The translations under genes were made by a program, and so were the position numbers. The notes below the pieces were generated by a model, which was given only the letters and a program-made list of their open reading frames with translations, searched no databases and was not told the DNA's origin. DNA of 64,000 nt. Source: Octopus bimaculoides (Eukaryota). Position 1 is the first letter of the stretch. Every line of letters starts with the position of its first letter. Location of the stretch: contig NC_068982.1 in NCBI RefSeq assembly GCF_001194135.2, positions 110,917,982 through 110,981,981 on the forward strand, read 5' to 3'. Below are positions 62,226 through 64,000 of this stretch, in pieces.

Positions 62226-62700
62226 ATTATAGAAAGGCATTTGTCTCTGTTTCCTACTCATGGCTGGCTGCTGAAATTTGTGCACCAGGCAAAAGTACCT
62301 GCTACCTTATTCACTGCCATTGAGAAACTTACAACGAGCAACCTTTTTCAGACTACAGCTGAGAGCAGAATGAGGTCTCTGTTATAGATATTTCAAAGAG
62401 AATATTCTAAGAAGATAGTCTTTCTGTAATTCTGTTTATTGTTGCATTAAATGCATGCAATATGTTACTAACATTTAATGGCTACATGCTAGGGTCTGCA
62501 ACAGCTTGAGATACCAATGCAACCCACAATTTCTTTGAGGATGATCTGAAAATCTATGATAAAATGTTTACAATGCCAAGAATTAACAGGAGTGAATATT
62601 TTCAGCTGATGTAGGCATGGAATTTGGCCAGAGGTAGTTTTCATATCTGATTATTGAACGTGGAAAACCAGAGTTGTTATGAGCTGTTCACTCTTGCAGT
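62226..62700 (+). mobile_element. R4/Dong-clade LINE RT fragment
   Basis: YRKAFVSVSYSWL (cf. DYKKAFDSVPHSWL), DSLSVILFIVALN (cf. GDSLSPLLFxxALN), HNFFEDDLKIY, FSADVGMEFG. Confidence 0.78.
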
Positions 62701-62739
62701 TATATTATCTTATAGATAATTTCATTTTCATGTAATGCG

Positions 62740-63200
62740 CATGCATCTGAACTGTCGCAGTTGGTTTCCAGGAAAATTGATTGATAATAGCTTGGTTGGT
62801 GAATTTTTCGTTTTTTGTGCCTCTTTGGTTAAAAATTGTTGTCCTTGTTGGATGGATCTTTGGTAGTACCTTTGATCGGTTGAAAAATATCTTGCTGTTT
62901 CGTGATTTGTAGTACGAAATATTTTGCGAGAATTGTCACTAAACTTAAGTTCAAGTATAGGTTAAACCAGATTATGTCTCGTTTTCTGATTGTTTTTTAT
63001 TCTTTTATTTTTGGTTCTCTTGTGTGTATGGGGGTATGAATTCTAATTTTTTTTGTCATCTTTTGAGGTATGATGCAGAATGTAACTGCTAAGTGAAATA
63101 TTGCTTCATGTGAAGATTCTGCGGGTTATGCTCCTGATTAATTTCTTAATTATTGACGGTAAAGTTCTGGAGTATTCAGTGTTTTACATTTTTCTTGTAG
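62740..63200 (-). mobile_element. Decayed Penelope-like element fragment (RT C-terminus / GIY-YIG linker)
   Basis: Minus-strand remnants HP.SIIK.L..SI.RR, K.RK..I.W.N..Y..., KIFFNR...K.SY, ending in NCDS (cf. CNCR). These are Penelope-type motifs broken by stops. Confidence 0.55.
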
Positions 63201-63256
63201 TTTCATAACTTCATCATAGTAGATAATAGATAAATGTTTTTTAAATATATTCTCCA

Positions 63257-63302
<46 letters not shown>

Positions 63303-64000
63303 AAGCAAAGTGTTACACTCAGTGTACAACTTTATCAGATATATGCAGATAGTTATATAATTATCAATATAAATAATTAAATAATTAGGCATATAAATTA
63401 ATTTTCATGTGAACATTATCCCTCAAACATTTAAGCTTCCTGAGATCCCCACTTTCATGAAATAGTCGAAAGATAGAAAATAATAGAAAGGAGAAGATCC
63501 TCGATTGTTCGATGAATTTCCACCAGATGACAGATTTATATTTCCCTTTAAATGTTACTGGTGGAGTAAATAATTTTCGCGGGCAGTAACCAGATACATT
63601 ATTCCAATATGCTTATTCACCGCAAATCGTGTTAGATGGTGGCAAGGTTCCGCTTAGGATGGAAAAAGCTGATAGTTCTTAGAACTGTTCTACAACGTAG
63701 CCATGAGAAATNNNNNNNNNNNNNNNNNNNNNNNNNNNNNNNNNNNNNNNNNNNNNNNNNNNNNNNNNNNNNNNNNNNNNNNNNNNNNNNNNNNNNNNNN
63801 NNNNNNNNNNNTGTATGTATGTATGTATTTATGTATGTATGTATATATGTATGTATGTATAGGCATACTTATAGATATATGTATTTTCTTAAATGTACCT
63901 ATTTAACAGATATAATTCGTAAGAGAAACAATAACAACTTGCTAGACTTTCCTAAATTTCTATGTTGTTATCCAAATTCCAGCGATGGAGTTTCTCATTC

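Overview
AT-rich eukaryotic (animal) DNA from a gap-rich draft assembly, with about 18 N-runs mostly flanked by (TA)n. The SINE families, R4/Dong, RTE and Penelope remnants and very high microsatellite density point to an octopus (coleoid cephalopod) genome; this is inferred from recalled repeat consensus motifs, not from a search. No complete protein-coding gene, rRNA, CRISPR array or prokaryote-type system is supported, and most entries in the ORF track are translated microsatellites or gaps. Well-supported content: many tRNA-derived SINEs of at least 4 families; one near-full-length decayed R4/Dong RLE-LINE (30.35-33.52 kb) plus several Dong fragments; five or six RTE fragments; a Penelope fragment; and five fold-back/MITE elements. 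Scattered small exon-like units with good splice signals suggest the window is largely intronic or 3' sequence of an unidentified gene. The best set is on the minus strand at 17.5-19.85 kb. The most unusual items are an initiator-tRNA-Met copy fused directly to a SINE 3' tail (49666-49821), a 520-bp fold-back with nested hairpins (37192-37711), a MITE with competing inverted duplications (50295-51287), and the cluster of candidate alternative C-terminal/poison exons. I found nothing I can claim with confidence as a new biological system.
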